DNA from: Methanothermus fervidus DSM 2088
GTDB lineage: Archaea > Methanobacteriota > Methanobacteria > DSM-2088 > Methanothermaceae
Length of the DNA: 32,000 bases
Direction: 5' to 3'
NCBI GenBank assembly: GCA_000166095.1
Contig: CP002278.1
Coordinates: forward strand, 720,001-752,000
The notes under the pieces are model-generated. The model worked only from the letters and a program-made list of their open reading frames with translations. It ran no database searches and was not told the origin of the DNA. The position numbers and the translations under genes were made by a program. This document shows, in pieces, positions 19,739 through 27,896 of the stretch (positions are counted from its first letter, which is position 1; each line of letters opens with the position of its first letter).

Positions 19739-20959
19739 TTGTTAATAAATTTTATGATAGGTACTGTATCTGCAACATGTAATATAATTGTAATAACTGA
19801 TCCATCAGGTAGAGATCCAAATGGAGTGGCAGGTGCTAGTTTATCTTATGCTCCTAACATGTTTCAATCAACATTCTTACTTTCTAAAGATAAAAAATTT
19901 GCAGTTTTATCAGGTGGTGAAGGAGAAGCAATTCCTAGATTGATGGCGATTGTAGAAACAATAAAAAGGTTAGAGAATGGAATGTCAGCTGCTGACGCTG
20001 CTTCTGCAGCAAATCAATACCCTGGAATAAGAGTTATGTGTGGTGGACCAGGAATAGGTGCAGCAGTTGGTGGATCATTTGACGCATACATAGTAACTGT
20101 TGAAGATGATGGAACTATAAAAATTACTCCAGTATCTGGTGGGCTAGCCGTGCTACCACCTGGAAAAAAGGGAGCTATAATTCACTTAAGAAATACACCA
20201 GGGAATCCAAAATATGGTACTGCAGATAGTGTACGTAGAGATGTAGCAATAAATGTAGGAAAAATGATTAGGGATGGATATCCAGCTACAGTAATTGTTG
20301 GGAAAGCTGTAGAAGAAGTTGCTAGAGATTCTGGAGAAAGATATGGTGGTGGTGCAGTAAACATTGCATCTGGTATAACAACTGGAGACATGTTTACTCC
20401 AGCTACATTAAACCAAACAGGATATCCACTAGATGAACCATATGTTAAACTGTGTCCACAATGTGGATGGAGTATGGGATTTCCAACAGCTGAACGTTAT
20501 GATCGATGTCCCATCTGTGGAAGTCAGTTAAAAACTATATATGCTTATCAAGCACTTACAGATACAATCACGGTCTCAAATAAAACAGTTATAGTGTCTG
20601 TGTATGGATCTGACAGTAAAGGTGTAATTGGAACTACTAAAGAAATTGTGGAGGCAGTAGTCAATAAATATGGATATGATCCTGTAAAAATTTCTGAAGC
20701 AATAAACCGTGCAATAGACAATGGATTAATTTTAGGTGTTAATTACGTTGAACCAAAAGATATTAATGTAAAACCTTCTGCAAGAGCTGTAGGTGTATAT
20801 TATACGCCTCTTCCAGATAATAGGAGTGGACCACCATGGGATTTACCCATACCTGCAGGAATTTTAGAAACTCTTGGTAATGTCCAAACTGTTTTAGGTT
20901 TTGCACTTGCATTCCTAGCATTTTTCCGAACTATAGTGGTTGGCAGAGTTAAAAAATAA
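19739..20959 (+). CDS. conserved membrane-anchored protein with zinc-ribbon motif, pseudomurein-cluster associated
   Basis: 'CPQCGWSMGFPTAERYDRCPICGSQL' Zn-ribbon and C-terminal TM 'VQTVLGFALAFLAFFRTIVVGRVKK'. Start uncertain (TTG 19739 or ATG 19754). Confidence 0.7.
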   Translation: MLINFMIGTVSATCNIIVITDPSGRDPNGVAGASLSYAPNMFQSTFLLSKDKKFAVLSGGEGEAIPRLMAIVETIKRLENGMSAADAASAANQYPGIRVMCGGPGIGAAVGGSFDAYIVTVEDDGTIKITPVSGGLAVLPPGKKGAIIHLRNTPGNPKYGTADSVRRDVAINVGKMIRDGYPATVIVGKAVEEVARDSGERYGGGAVNIASGITTGDMFTPATLNQTGYPLDEPYVKLCPQCGWSMGFPTAERYDRCPICGSQLKTIYAYQALTDTITVSNKTVIVSVYGSDSKGVIGTTKEIVEAVVNKYGYDPVKISEAINRAIDNGLILGVNYVEPKDINVKPSARAVGVYYTPLPDNRSGPPWDLPIPAGILETLGNVQTVLGFALAFLAFFRTIVVGRVKK

Positions 20960-20972
20960 ACATATAAAACTT

Positions 20973-22208
20973 TTACAATCCTTTAACACTCATATCAATC
21001 ATCTTTTTTGTTTCAGCTGCCAGTTCTGGAGGTAAACCTTTTATGTCAATGCTTAAAAATCCTCTTACAATCATAGATATGGCCTCTTCTTCCGTTAAAC
21101 CGCGAGACATTAAATATAATATTTTTTCCTCGTCAATCTTACCTACAGCAGCCTCATGTGACATTTCTAAATCTGTTGCACTTCCTTCTAACTCTGGAAT
21201 CGCATGTATCATTGAATCATCAGATAATATTAACCCATGACACTCTAGGTGGCCTTTTACTCCAGGTATCCGACCTGCTAAATGACCTCTTGAATATATT
21301 TTAGATTCATCCATAGACACTGCTCTAGATATTACATTTGCACTTGATTCTTTACCTTCCAATATAACTCTTGAACCAATGTCAAGTAGCGAATTTTTCT
21401 TACCTGCCATGACAGATTGGAATATTGCCTTCGAATTTTTTCCTGTACAATATGCTGTAGGGTATGACTGTATTACGCGAACTGGACTTGTCAATATGTA
21501 ATTATTTATATATGTTCCATTGTCACCAATCACAATGCCTGTTCTTGGTCTTACTTCTACTTGTTCTGCCCAATTATGAACCATTGTAAATGTAATTTTT
21601 GCATTTTTTTTAACATAAAATTCTGAGATCCCTATATGCAATGCTGAATTAACGTCTTGTCCTGTGGCACAACCCGTAATTATGTGTAATTCAGAATTTT
21701 CTTCTGCAATAATTATATTATGAGCTGTTTGCATTATGCGTTCATCTCCAATAAATAAACATGCCTGCAGTGGAAATATTTCCTTTGATCCTGGCAATGA
21801 TCTTATAAAGTAACCCGTATATTTTTCCTCTTCTAACTCTTTCAGAGCAACATGTGCCGTATATTTATCTGTATCTGGTGCAACTGCTTTCCACATATAA
21901 TCTTTTACCCAATCATATTTTTCTAATGCTGATTTGATCCCCATTATTTCTACAGACTTAGATGGAGAAACCGAATATATTTCACTTTCATCAAGCTGTA
22001 TATAAGTACCTGCTCTCTCTTTTTCTGATGTGTCAATACCTACTTTAACTAATGTATCCCTAACTTTTTTTGGTACATCCTCTATACTTTCAATTCTTTC
22101 ATGTTCTCCAGGATCTTCTGCTAAAAATTTTTTGAGGTCTGTTTTAGGGCCATATGGTGATTCTTTATCTTTAGCTTTTTCTGCTCTCTTTTTTATGTCT
22201 CGTAACAT
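20973..22208 (-). CDS. sufB: SufB-like Fe-S cluster scaffold protein
   Basis: 'LHIITGCATG', 'KNAKITFTMVHNWAEQVEVRPRTG', 'GHLECHGLILSDDSMIHAIPELEGSATDLEMSHEAAVGKIDEEKILYLMSRGLTEEEA'. Confidence 0.93.
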   Translation of the reverse strand: MLRDIKKRAEKAKDKESPYGPKTDLKKFLAEDPGEHERIESIEDVPKKVRDTLVKVGIDTSEKERAGTYIQLDESEIYSVSPSKSVEIMGIKSALEKYDWVKDYMWKAVAPDTDKYTAHVALKELEEEKYTGYFIRSLPGSKEIFPLQACLFIGDERIMQTAHNIIIAEENSELHIITGCATGQDVNSALHIGISEFYVKKNAKITFTMVHNWAEQVEVRPRTGIVIGDNGTYINNYILTSPVRVIQSYPTAYCTGKNSKAIFQSVMAGKKNSLLDIGSRVILEGKESSANVISRAVSMDESKIYSRGHLAGRIPGVKGHLECHGLILSDDSMIHAIPELEGSATDLEMSHEAAVGKIDEEKILYLMSRGLTEEEAISMIVRGFLSIDIKGLPPELAAETKKMIDMSVKGL

Positions 22209-22969
22209 TTTTTACACCCTTCAAAGCCTTCTTTCCTTATATCTTCTAATATTTCGTCTGGACACCCTGAACAAACAATTTTTCCATCTAGAAGTACGTG
22301 CGCAATTTCAGCTTTAACAAAATTTAAAATATAACCTAAATGCGTTATAATTAAGCCTGCTTTCTTTCTTTTACTTGGTTTTTTATCTTTTTCTAAAAGT
22401 TTGTTTATCATTTCAGCCAAAATTTCAACATTTTCTATATCTACACCAGAATCTGGTTCATCTAACATTATAAATTCTGGGTTTTGTGCTAGAAGCTGCA
22501 ATATTTCAGATCTTTTCATTTCTCCTCCTGAAAATCCTAAATTTACATCTCTACTAAGGAAATCTTTATTAAATTTTAATTTTGTTGCAAATCTATATAT
22601 TTTTGGATCTAATTTTTCATCTAAAGAACAACCACTTTCTATTTTTAATAAATCAATAAGGCGCACTCCTCTTATTGCTGGTGGATTTTGAAATGCCACT
22701 CCTATTCCCATTTTAGCTCGTTCTGTAGTATTTAAATTGGTAATATCTTTGCCTTTAAACAATATTTCTCCTCTAACTACTTTATATTCTGGAAAACCAA
22801 GAATTGTTAAAAATAAAGTACTCTTTCCTGCTCCGTTTGGTCCAAGTAAAACATGAGTCTCTCCCTTACCTATATAAAGATCTACACCATTCAATATTCT
22901 TTTACCATTGACCTCTACCACAAGATCATTAATTTCGAGAAGCAATTTAGATCCTCCTATAAAATTCAT
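22193..22969 (-). CDS. sufC: SufC-like ABC-type ATPase of Fe-S assembly
   Basis: Walker A 'LLGPNGAGKST', signature 'FSGGEMKR', Walker B 'FIMLDEPDSGVDIENV'. Confidence 0.93.
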   Translation of the reverse strand: MNFIGGSKLLLEINDLVVEVNGKRILNGVDLYIGKGETHVLLGPNGAGKSTLFLTILGFPEYKVVRGEILFKGKDITNLNTTERAKMGIGVAFQNPPAIRGVRLIDLLKIESGCSLDEKLDPKIYRFATKLKFNKDFLSRDVNLGFSGGEMKRSEILQLLAQNPEFIMLDEPDSGVDIENVEILAEMINKLLEKDKKPSKRKKAGLIITHLGYILNFVKAEIAHVLLDGKIVCSGCPDEILEDIRKEGFEGCKKCYET

Positions 22970-23460
22970 TTAAATTCATCAATCAATACCTTCTCAAATA
23001 ATTTTAGACATCTTTTTATTCCATGAGCTTGTCTTTCCAAAATTTTTTTGGGTTCTGAAAATCTTAAATCTGCATGAACACCAGAATCTGTTATTATTTC
23101 AGATTTATTTGTTACAATTGCTATACCACCTCTACCAACGCCTGCTGTAGTGCCTATCCCTATATCCGCATTAGTGATTCTTTTAATGGATTTAGCCATC
23201 TTAAGAGCCATTTTTTTGTCTGATTTTTCATTGTAAACTTTTATATCTCCTAAAACATGGTCAGGTGTCAATGGCTTAATTTTAAGAATTGTTTTTAATC
23301 CAGAAATCGTTGGAATAAACAATGCTGCAACTAAAGATATTTTATAGTCTTCTCTCTTTATACTCCAATCATAGTTGAGAGGATATCCTTGTGCAAATGC
23401 ATGTATTTCCCTGCCAATTTTTCCATGTGTGAAACATTCTGCTGTTGCTACCCTAATCAT
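22966..23460 (-). CDS. hcgF: FeGP cofactor biosynthesis protein HcgF (UPF0254-type)
   Basis: 'MIRVATAECFTHGKIGREIHAFAQGYPL'; Cys at position 9 matches the thioester-forming Cys9 described for HcgF; 'TTAGVGRGGIAIV'. Lies in the hcg series. Confidence 0.88.
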   Translation of the reverse strand: MIRVATAECFTHGKIGREIHAFAQGYPLNYDWSIKREDYKISLVAALFIPTISGLKTILKIKPLTPDHVLGDIKVYNEKSDKKMALKMAKSIKRITNADIGIGTTAGVGRGGIAIVTNKSEIITDSGVHADLRFSEPKKILERQAHGIKRCLKLFEKVLIDEFK

Positions 23461-24097
23461 CTAACTTCTTCCTCAAAAGTTTTAAAATATTGGCTGTAAT
23501 AACATTTGCAATTCTATCAAGGACATATGGAGTTATTGGTTCCCAATCTTTTATTAATTTACCTGTACCTACAAGAATATGATTTTTCTTAATTCCTTCA
23601 TTTCTTAAACCTAAAACTATTGGATTCTCTGGAGCATCTTCTATATTGAATACTTTAATTTCTTCTTCCCCAATTCCAAAGACACCCATTGTACTTATTG
23701 TATATGCACCTATTTCATGAGCTTTTTTTATGATTTTAGCTGTGATGGGTATGGTATTACCTCCTGCAATAGTAATACACACAACATCTCCATCTATAAT
23801 TTCTAGATTATCCTTTGACACATAACAAGGCATGGTTTCAATTTTCTTAGAACATGGTAATCTTTTTAGGAATTCTGTTTTATATTCTCCAATTTTACCT
23901 CCTAACATCCTAAATATAAAATCTTCTTCAGAAATTTTTTGACCATCTATTGCTTTTATTATTACAGGTCCGCCTCTATGTACTTCTATTAAATTTAAAG
24001 CTATTCTAATACCTAACCTACCTAACCCAACAATAGTTACTTTACCTTTTGGATTTTTAAGTTTTTCAAGCTCTGAAATATTCATAATATGTCCCAT
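23453..24097 (-). CDS. hcgE: FeGP cofactor biosynthesis protein HcgE (E1/ThiF-like adenylyltransferase)
   Basis: 'KVTIVGLGRLGIRIALNLIEVHRGGPVIIKAIDGQKISEEDFIFRMLGG' ThiF-like nucleotide-binding region; context within hcg genes. Confidence 0.87.
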   Translation of the reverse strand: MGHIMNISELEKLKNPKGKVTIVGLGRLGIRIALNLIEVHRGGPVIIKAIDGQKISEEDFIFRMLGGKIGEYKTEFLKRLPCSKKIETMPCYVSKDNLEIIDGDVVCITIAGGNTIPITAKIIKKAHEIGAYTISTMGVFGIGEEEIKVFNIEDAPENPIVLGLRNEGIKKNHILVGTGKLIKDWEPITPYVLDRIANVITANILKLLRKKLDD

Positions 24098-24783
24098 TTT
24101 ATTGGTTTGTCAGCTATATCTACTTCAATTCCTAAATTTGAAATAATTTTAGCAAGTTTGTATAGCCCTGGAAGTTCTGTGAAATAATGAGTGGCATCAA
24201 TTAAAGTTAAATTTAGGTGATATGCTAAAACCATTGTTTTATAAATTAAATCACCTGAGAGATAAACATCTGCATTCTTTTCATATGCTTTTTTAACAAG
24301 ACGTTCATTGCTTAAACCAAAGCCTGAAACAATTGCCACATATTCTACAATTAAATTTTTATCAAAATTAACAACTTTAACATTATCTATTGATAATTTT
24401 TCTTTGATAAGTTTTATAAATTCTGGTAAAGAAACAGCTTTTATTTTGCAAAGTCTTCCTATTCCACTATCCTCATCCAAAACATCCTTTATTTCCATAT
24501 TTAATGTTTCTGCAAGAGCATCACAAGCTCCGCCTTTTACCACATCCCAATTAGAATGTATAACATAAGCAGGTATTTCTGGCTTAGACAAAGGTGGATG
24601 ATGAAGAATCAGAAGATCATATTTGTTTAATTTTTTTGTTGGGACATAATCCATTGAAACCAAAACTTTTTTTACTTCTAAATTTTCAAGATCTTTACCA
24701 ATAAAACCAATTTTATCCCCATCAACTGCAAGATTTTTTGGAACAATTTCTTCTATTTTTTTAAATAATTCTTTGGCCTTCAT
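24082..24783 (-). CDS. hcgD: FeGP cofactor biosynthesis protein HcgD (Nif3-like)
   Basis: Nif3-fold features 'YDLLILHHPPL' and 'DVYLSGDLIYKTMVLAYHLNLTLIDATHYFTELPGL'; context within hcg genes. Confidence 0.87.
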   Translation of the reverse strand: MKAKELFKKIEEIVPKNLAVDGDKIGFIGKDLENLEVKKVLVSMDYVPTKKLNKYDLLILHHPPLSKPEIPAYVIHSNWDVVKGGACDALAETLNMEIKDVLDEDSGIGRLCKIKAVSLPEFIKLIKEKLSIDNVKVVNFDKNLIVEYVAIVSGFGLSNERLVKKAYEKNADVYLSGDLIYKTMVLAYHLNLTLIDATHYFTELPGLYKLAKIISNLGIEVDIADKPIKWDIL

Positions 24784-25544
24784 TTTATCTCAATAACTTT
24801 AGATTTTATTTTTTTAATAAATTTTTCAATTACTTTATCGCAAGATACTGGCCTCAAAGAAGACACAATAAGCGCATGTTTTTTTAATTTTTTCATGAAT
24901 TTGGTGAAGTTATTTTCTTTAAATAACATTCCCTCATAAAATTCAAATGGTGACATGCAATAAAGTACGCCTTCAACATCAAAAAAATAATTCATAACAT
25001 TTTTTAAAACCTCAATTGTGAGTGTCATTGTTCCAGAAGTTTTACTTTGTAGTCCATAAGTATAAAGAAAAGCCTTGTATTTGGCATTGATACTATCTAT
25101 CAATCTTTTTTTACTGCCGATTTTTCTTATTGTTTTATCACTTCCGTCTGATCGTGGATCCTCAATTATAAATGCTTTTGTATAAAATTTATTTAGATTT
25201 TCTATGCCACCAATACCAGTAGTGTCTATAATTAGATCCCATTTCTTCCTTAATCCATCTAAACCAATCTTAAATTCTATATTTTTTTCTACTAAATTTA
25301 TAACCTGAGGATGGATATCAACTAAAGTAATCTCTGTATTTAAATTATTGGCTAAAAAAGAACCAGTAATGTATCCACCAATTATCAGACAATTTTTTGG
25401 TTTTAATTTTTTTTCTTTGAGCCACTTTATCACTGCTTTAGTTTTAACTTCACCAATATATTTTATTATATCATGAAATGTGTATTCAGAATAATATGTT
25501 TTTACTGTTGGTGTTATACCATTTTCAACTTTCATGTTTTTCAT
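24780..25544 (-). CDS. hcgC: FeGP cofactor biosynthesis protein HcgC (SAM-dependent methyltransferase)
   Basis: Rossmann-like 'KNCLIIGGYITGSFLANNLNTEITLVDIHPQVINLV', 'FIIEDPRSDGSDKTI', 'TYGLQSKTSGTMTLTIE'; position between HcgB-like and HcgD-like genes. Confidence 0.87.
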   Translation of the reverse strand: MKNMKVENGITPTVKTYYSEYTFHDIIKYIGEVKTKAVIKWLKEKKLKPKNCLIIGGYITGSFLANNLNTEITLVDIHPQVINLVEKNIEFKIGLDGLRKKWDLIIDTTGIGGIENLNKFYTKAFIIEDPRSDGSDKTIRKIGSKKRLIDSINAKYKAFLYTYGLQSKTSGTMTLTIEVLKNVMNYFFDVEGVLYCMSPFEFYEGMLFKENNFTKFMKKLKKHALIVSSLRPVSCDKVIEKFIKKIKSKVIEIK

Positions 25545-26016
25545 TGAGTCCTATTCTTTTTAATGCAGTAGTCATTTCATCTTTTACAGCTTTTTCAACA
25601 CTTTTTTTGTGAATTATATGTGGTGGAGATAACGCTGCACTTAATATTCTACCTTTTGAATCCATGATAACTAACATTGAACCTGAACCAGGAACACCAA
25701 GCCTTCCTCTAGCAATAACTAAATCGCAGTCAACGATATCTAATGCCATTAATGCTTTACTTATTGCTGGTGTTCTATTTAGATCACATGCATCTGTGTA
25801 GAATTTAAGATGTTTTGCTTTTTGAATTCCAAATTTCTCTAATACTTCATTTATAGCTTTTACTTTCTCTTTTGTTTTATTTGGAACAACTATATTTTTT
25901 GCATTAAGAATATATTTTTGAATTTCCTTTACTTCTTTAATTTTATCTCCCTGTCTCCTGCCTTCCACAGATTCAACATATGCTTTTTTTATTAATTTTT
26001 CCATAGTCATGCGCAT
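25525..26016 (-). CDS. hcgB: FeGP cofactor biosynthesis guanylyltransferase HcgB
   Basis: 'VPNKTKEKVKAINEVLEKFGI', 'DLVIARGRLGVPGSGSMLVIMDSKGRILSAALSPPHIIHKKSVE'. The true start may be the Met at 26004, just after the hcgA stop. Confidence 0.88.
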   Translation of the reverse strand: MRMTMEKLIKKAYVESVEGRRQGDKIKEVKEIQKYILNAKNIVVPNKTKEKVKAINEVLEKFGIQKAKHLKFYTDACDLNRTPAISKALMALDIVDCDLVIARGRLGVPGSGSMLVIMDSKGRILSAALSPPHIIHKKSVEKAVKDEMTTALKRIGLNEKHES

Positions 26017-27026
26017 CTAACATGTAACTTCAGTTCAGGTTTTAAATGTAATTCTTTAATAACACGTATTACGTCATCTAAATTTCCAACCTCTGGTGAT
26101 CCTACACCTTTAACATCATGAGGATAGTTATTGGGGATAACTGTGGCTAAATTGTCAGCACCTGCCATAAGTGAATATTTAACATTTTCTGGTCCGATAG
26201 TAGGAGTAGGTACAGTTATTCTTATTTCCGGGTACATCAACCTAGTTATCGCAATAGTTTTCATTTGTTCATGTAAAGGACAAGGAGGATGATTTTCCAT
26301 AGGTGTTCCTTTATATGGATTGAAACCCATGATTGGTATTTCTCCTAAAGTTTTAAAGGTTTTTAAAAATTTTAAATGCATTAACCTATCATAATATGAT
26401 TCACCAATGCCTATCAATAATCCTGAAGAAAGTTCAATATTGGCTTCTGATACTAGTTTACATACTTTAATTCTATCCTCAAGGTTTTCACCAGGCTTTA
26501 AATCTTTAAATAACTTCCTGTTTATAGTTTCCAAATTACAACAAATAGTGTCGGTATCATATTTTTTCAATTTTAAAATTGTTTCCTTATTAAGATCTGA
26601 ACCAACATTTATCAATAATTCAAGTGACGTGTTTTCCTTGACAATTTTGGCTGCCTTGACAGCCTGGGAACCACCATAACCATGTGCACCTGAACAGCTA
26701 ACTCTTGGAATTCCTGATTTCTCTATTTTTTTTGCTGCTTCCAATATTTCATCATCAGTTTTATGAAATGGATGATAATAACCTTCTGGTGAAGTTCCTG
26801 CAGCGAAACCACAATATTTACATTTTGGAGAAATCTGACATATATTTGTGATGTGAATTGTTGAAGTTAATTTGATTGAATCCTTATATCTATCTCTAAG
26901 CTCAGAAGCAGTGTACATCAGTTCCTTGAAATCATTAGAATTCTTAATTTTAAACAATTTTAAAATTTCACAATCACTCAATTTTTTTTCTTTTAAAGCT
27001 TTTTTTAAAATGCTCTTAATCATCAT
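26007..27026 (-). CDS. hcgA: HcgA-type radical SAM protein of FeGP cofactor biosynthesis
   Basis: BioB/ThiH-like radical SAM protein with 'CQISPKCKYC' (CX5CX2C), the variant motif reported for HcgA, instead of CX3CX2C. First gene of the hcg series. Confidence 0.9.
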   Translation of the reverse strand: MMIKSILKKALKEKKLSDCEILKLFKIKNSNDFKELMYTASELRDRYKDSIKLTSTIHITNICQISPKCKYCGFAAGTSPEGYYHPFHKTDDEILEAAKKIEKSGIPRVSCSGAHGYGGSQAVKAAKIVKENTSLELLINVGSDLNKETILKLKKYDTDTICCNLETINRKLFKDLKPGENLEDRIKVCKLVSEANIELSSGLLIGIGESYYDRLMHLKFLKTFKTLGEIPIMGFNPYKGTPMENHPPCPLHEQMKTIAITRLMYPEIRITVPTPTIGPENVKYSLMAGADNLATVIPNNYPHDVKGVGSPEVGNLDDVIRVIKELHLKPELKLHVRCA

Positions 27027-27049
27027 CTTAGCATCACGGCTTTAAAAAA

Positions 27050-27319
27050 TTATTCTGTTATTATTATGAATTCACCGACTTTTTCGACCCTGTGGAATGG
27101 AATGTAAAGATAATCTCCCCTTCTTTTTGCCCCTCTCAAATTTACGTTCTTTTTATCTTTTTCAACTTTAACAACAATGTCTGTTATTTTACCGGTTTTA
27201 TCATTTATTATAATTTCTTCAAGGTCTCCAAGAATTCGAGCATTATTTGTGGCTACTCTATAGCCCCTAATTTCACTCCAAATTTTTTCTTCACTTTTAA
27301 TTTTTGTTTTTTCCACCAT
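27050..27319 (-). CDS. PRC-barrel domain protein
   Basis: 'RGYRVATNNARILGDLEEIIINDKTGKITDIVVKVE' typical PRC-barrel. Internal Met chosen as start. Confidence 0.8.
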   Translation of the reverse strand: MVEKTKIKSEEKIWSEIRGYRVATNNARILGDLEEIIINDKTGKITDIVVKVEKDKKNVNLRGAKRRGDYLYIPFHRVEKVGEFIIITE

Positions 27320-27896
27320 TAAAACCACCAAATTTTTTGAGAAATTCAAGATCTTCAGGAGTATTGATATTCAATGCAAGTTCCAAAAGTGGAAGTTCTA
27401 ACTTTTTTTCATCTTGTTTTTTATTTACAGCTTTTAATAAATTTAACCCTATTGGTATTTGTTCAGTGTTATATGGAGGGGGAATTAGCCCATATTTTTT
27501 GTAAATACTTCGTGGTACAACAACGGTTAAAGCCGGTTTATCACTTTTTTCATAAATATCTATGATCATGTTTATTGTTTTGGGTTTTACCAATGGCAAA
27601 TCAGCGTTTATTACAAGTAATGTATCTCTTTTTGGAATCTTTGTAATTACATATCTTAAATCATTTACATAACCCTTTCCAGGTGTCACTATTACTCTAT
27701 ATCCTCTTTTTTTTATGTATTCTGTAGTTTTAGGTGTATGGACACTTGTTGCAACTATTATTTCCTTTACTCTATCAACTTTTTCTAAACATTCTATCAC
27801 ATGTTGTATCATTGGTTTACCATTTATATTTATGAGGGGCTTTTCTTTGAAAGATTTAAGAGATTTAAGGCGTGTTCCTTTACCGCCAGCCATCAC
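27297..27896 (-). CDS. cobY: adenosylcobinamide-phosphate guanylyltransferase (archaeal CobY type)
   Basis: 'MAGGKGTRLKSLKSFKEKPLININGKPMIQHVIECL' nucleotidyltransferase motif, 'VTPGKGYVNDLRYVI', archaeal CobY-like length. Confidence 0.85.
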   Translation of the reverse strand: MMAGGKGTRLKSLKSFKEKPLININGKPMIQHVIECLEKVDRVKEIIVATSVHTPKTTEYIKKRGYRVIVTPGKGYVNDLRYVITKIPKRDTLLVINADLPLVKPKTINMIIDIYEKSDKPALTVVVPRSIYKKYGLIPPPYNTEQIPIGLNLLKAVNKKQDEKKLELPLLELALNINTPEDLEFLKKFGGFNGGKNKN

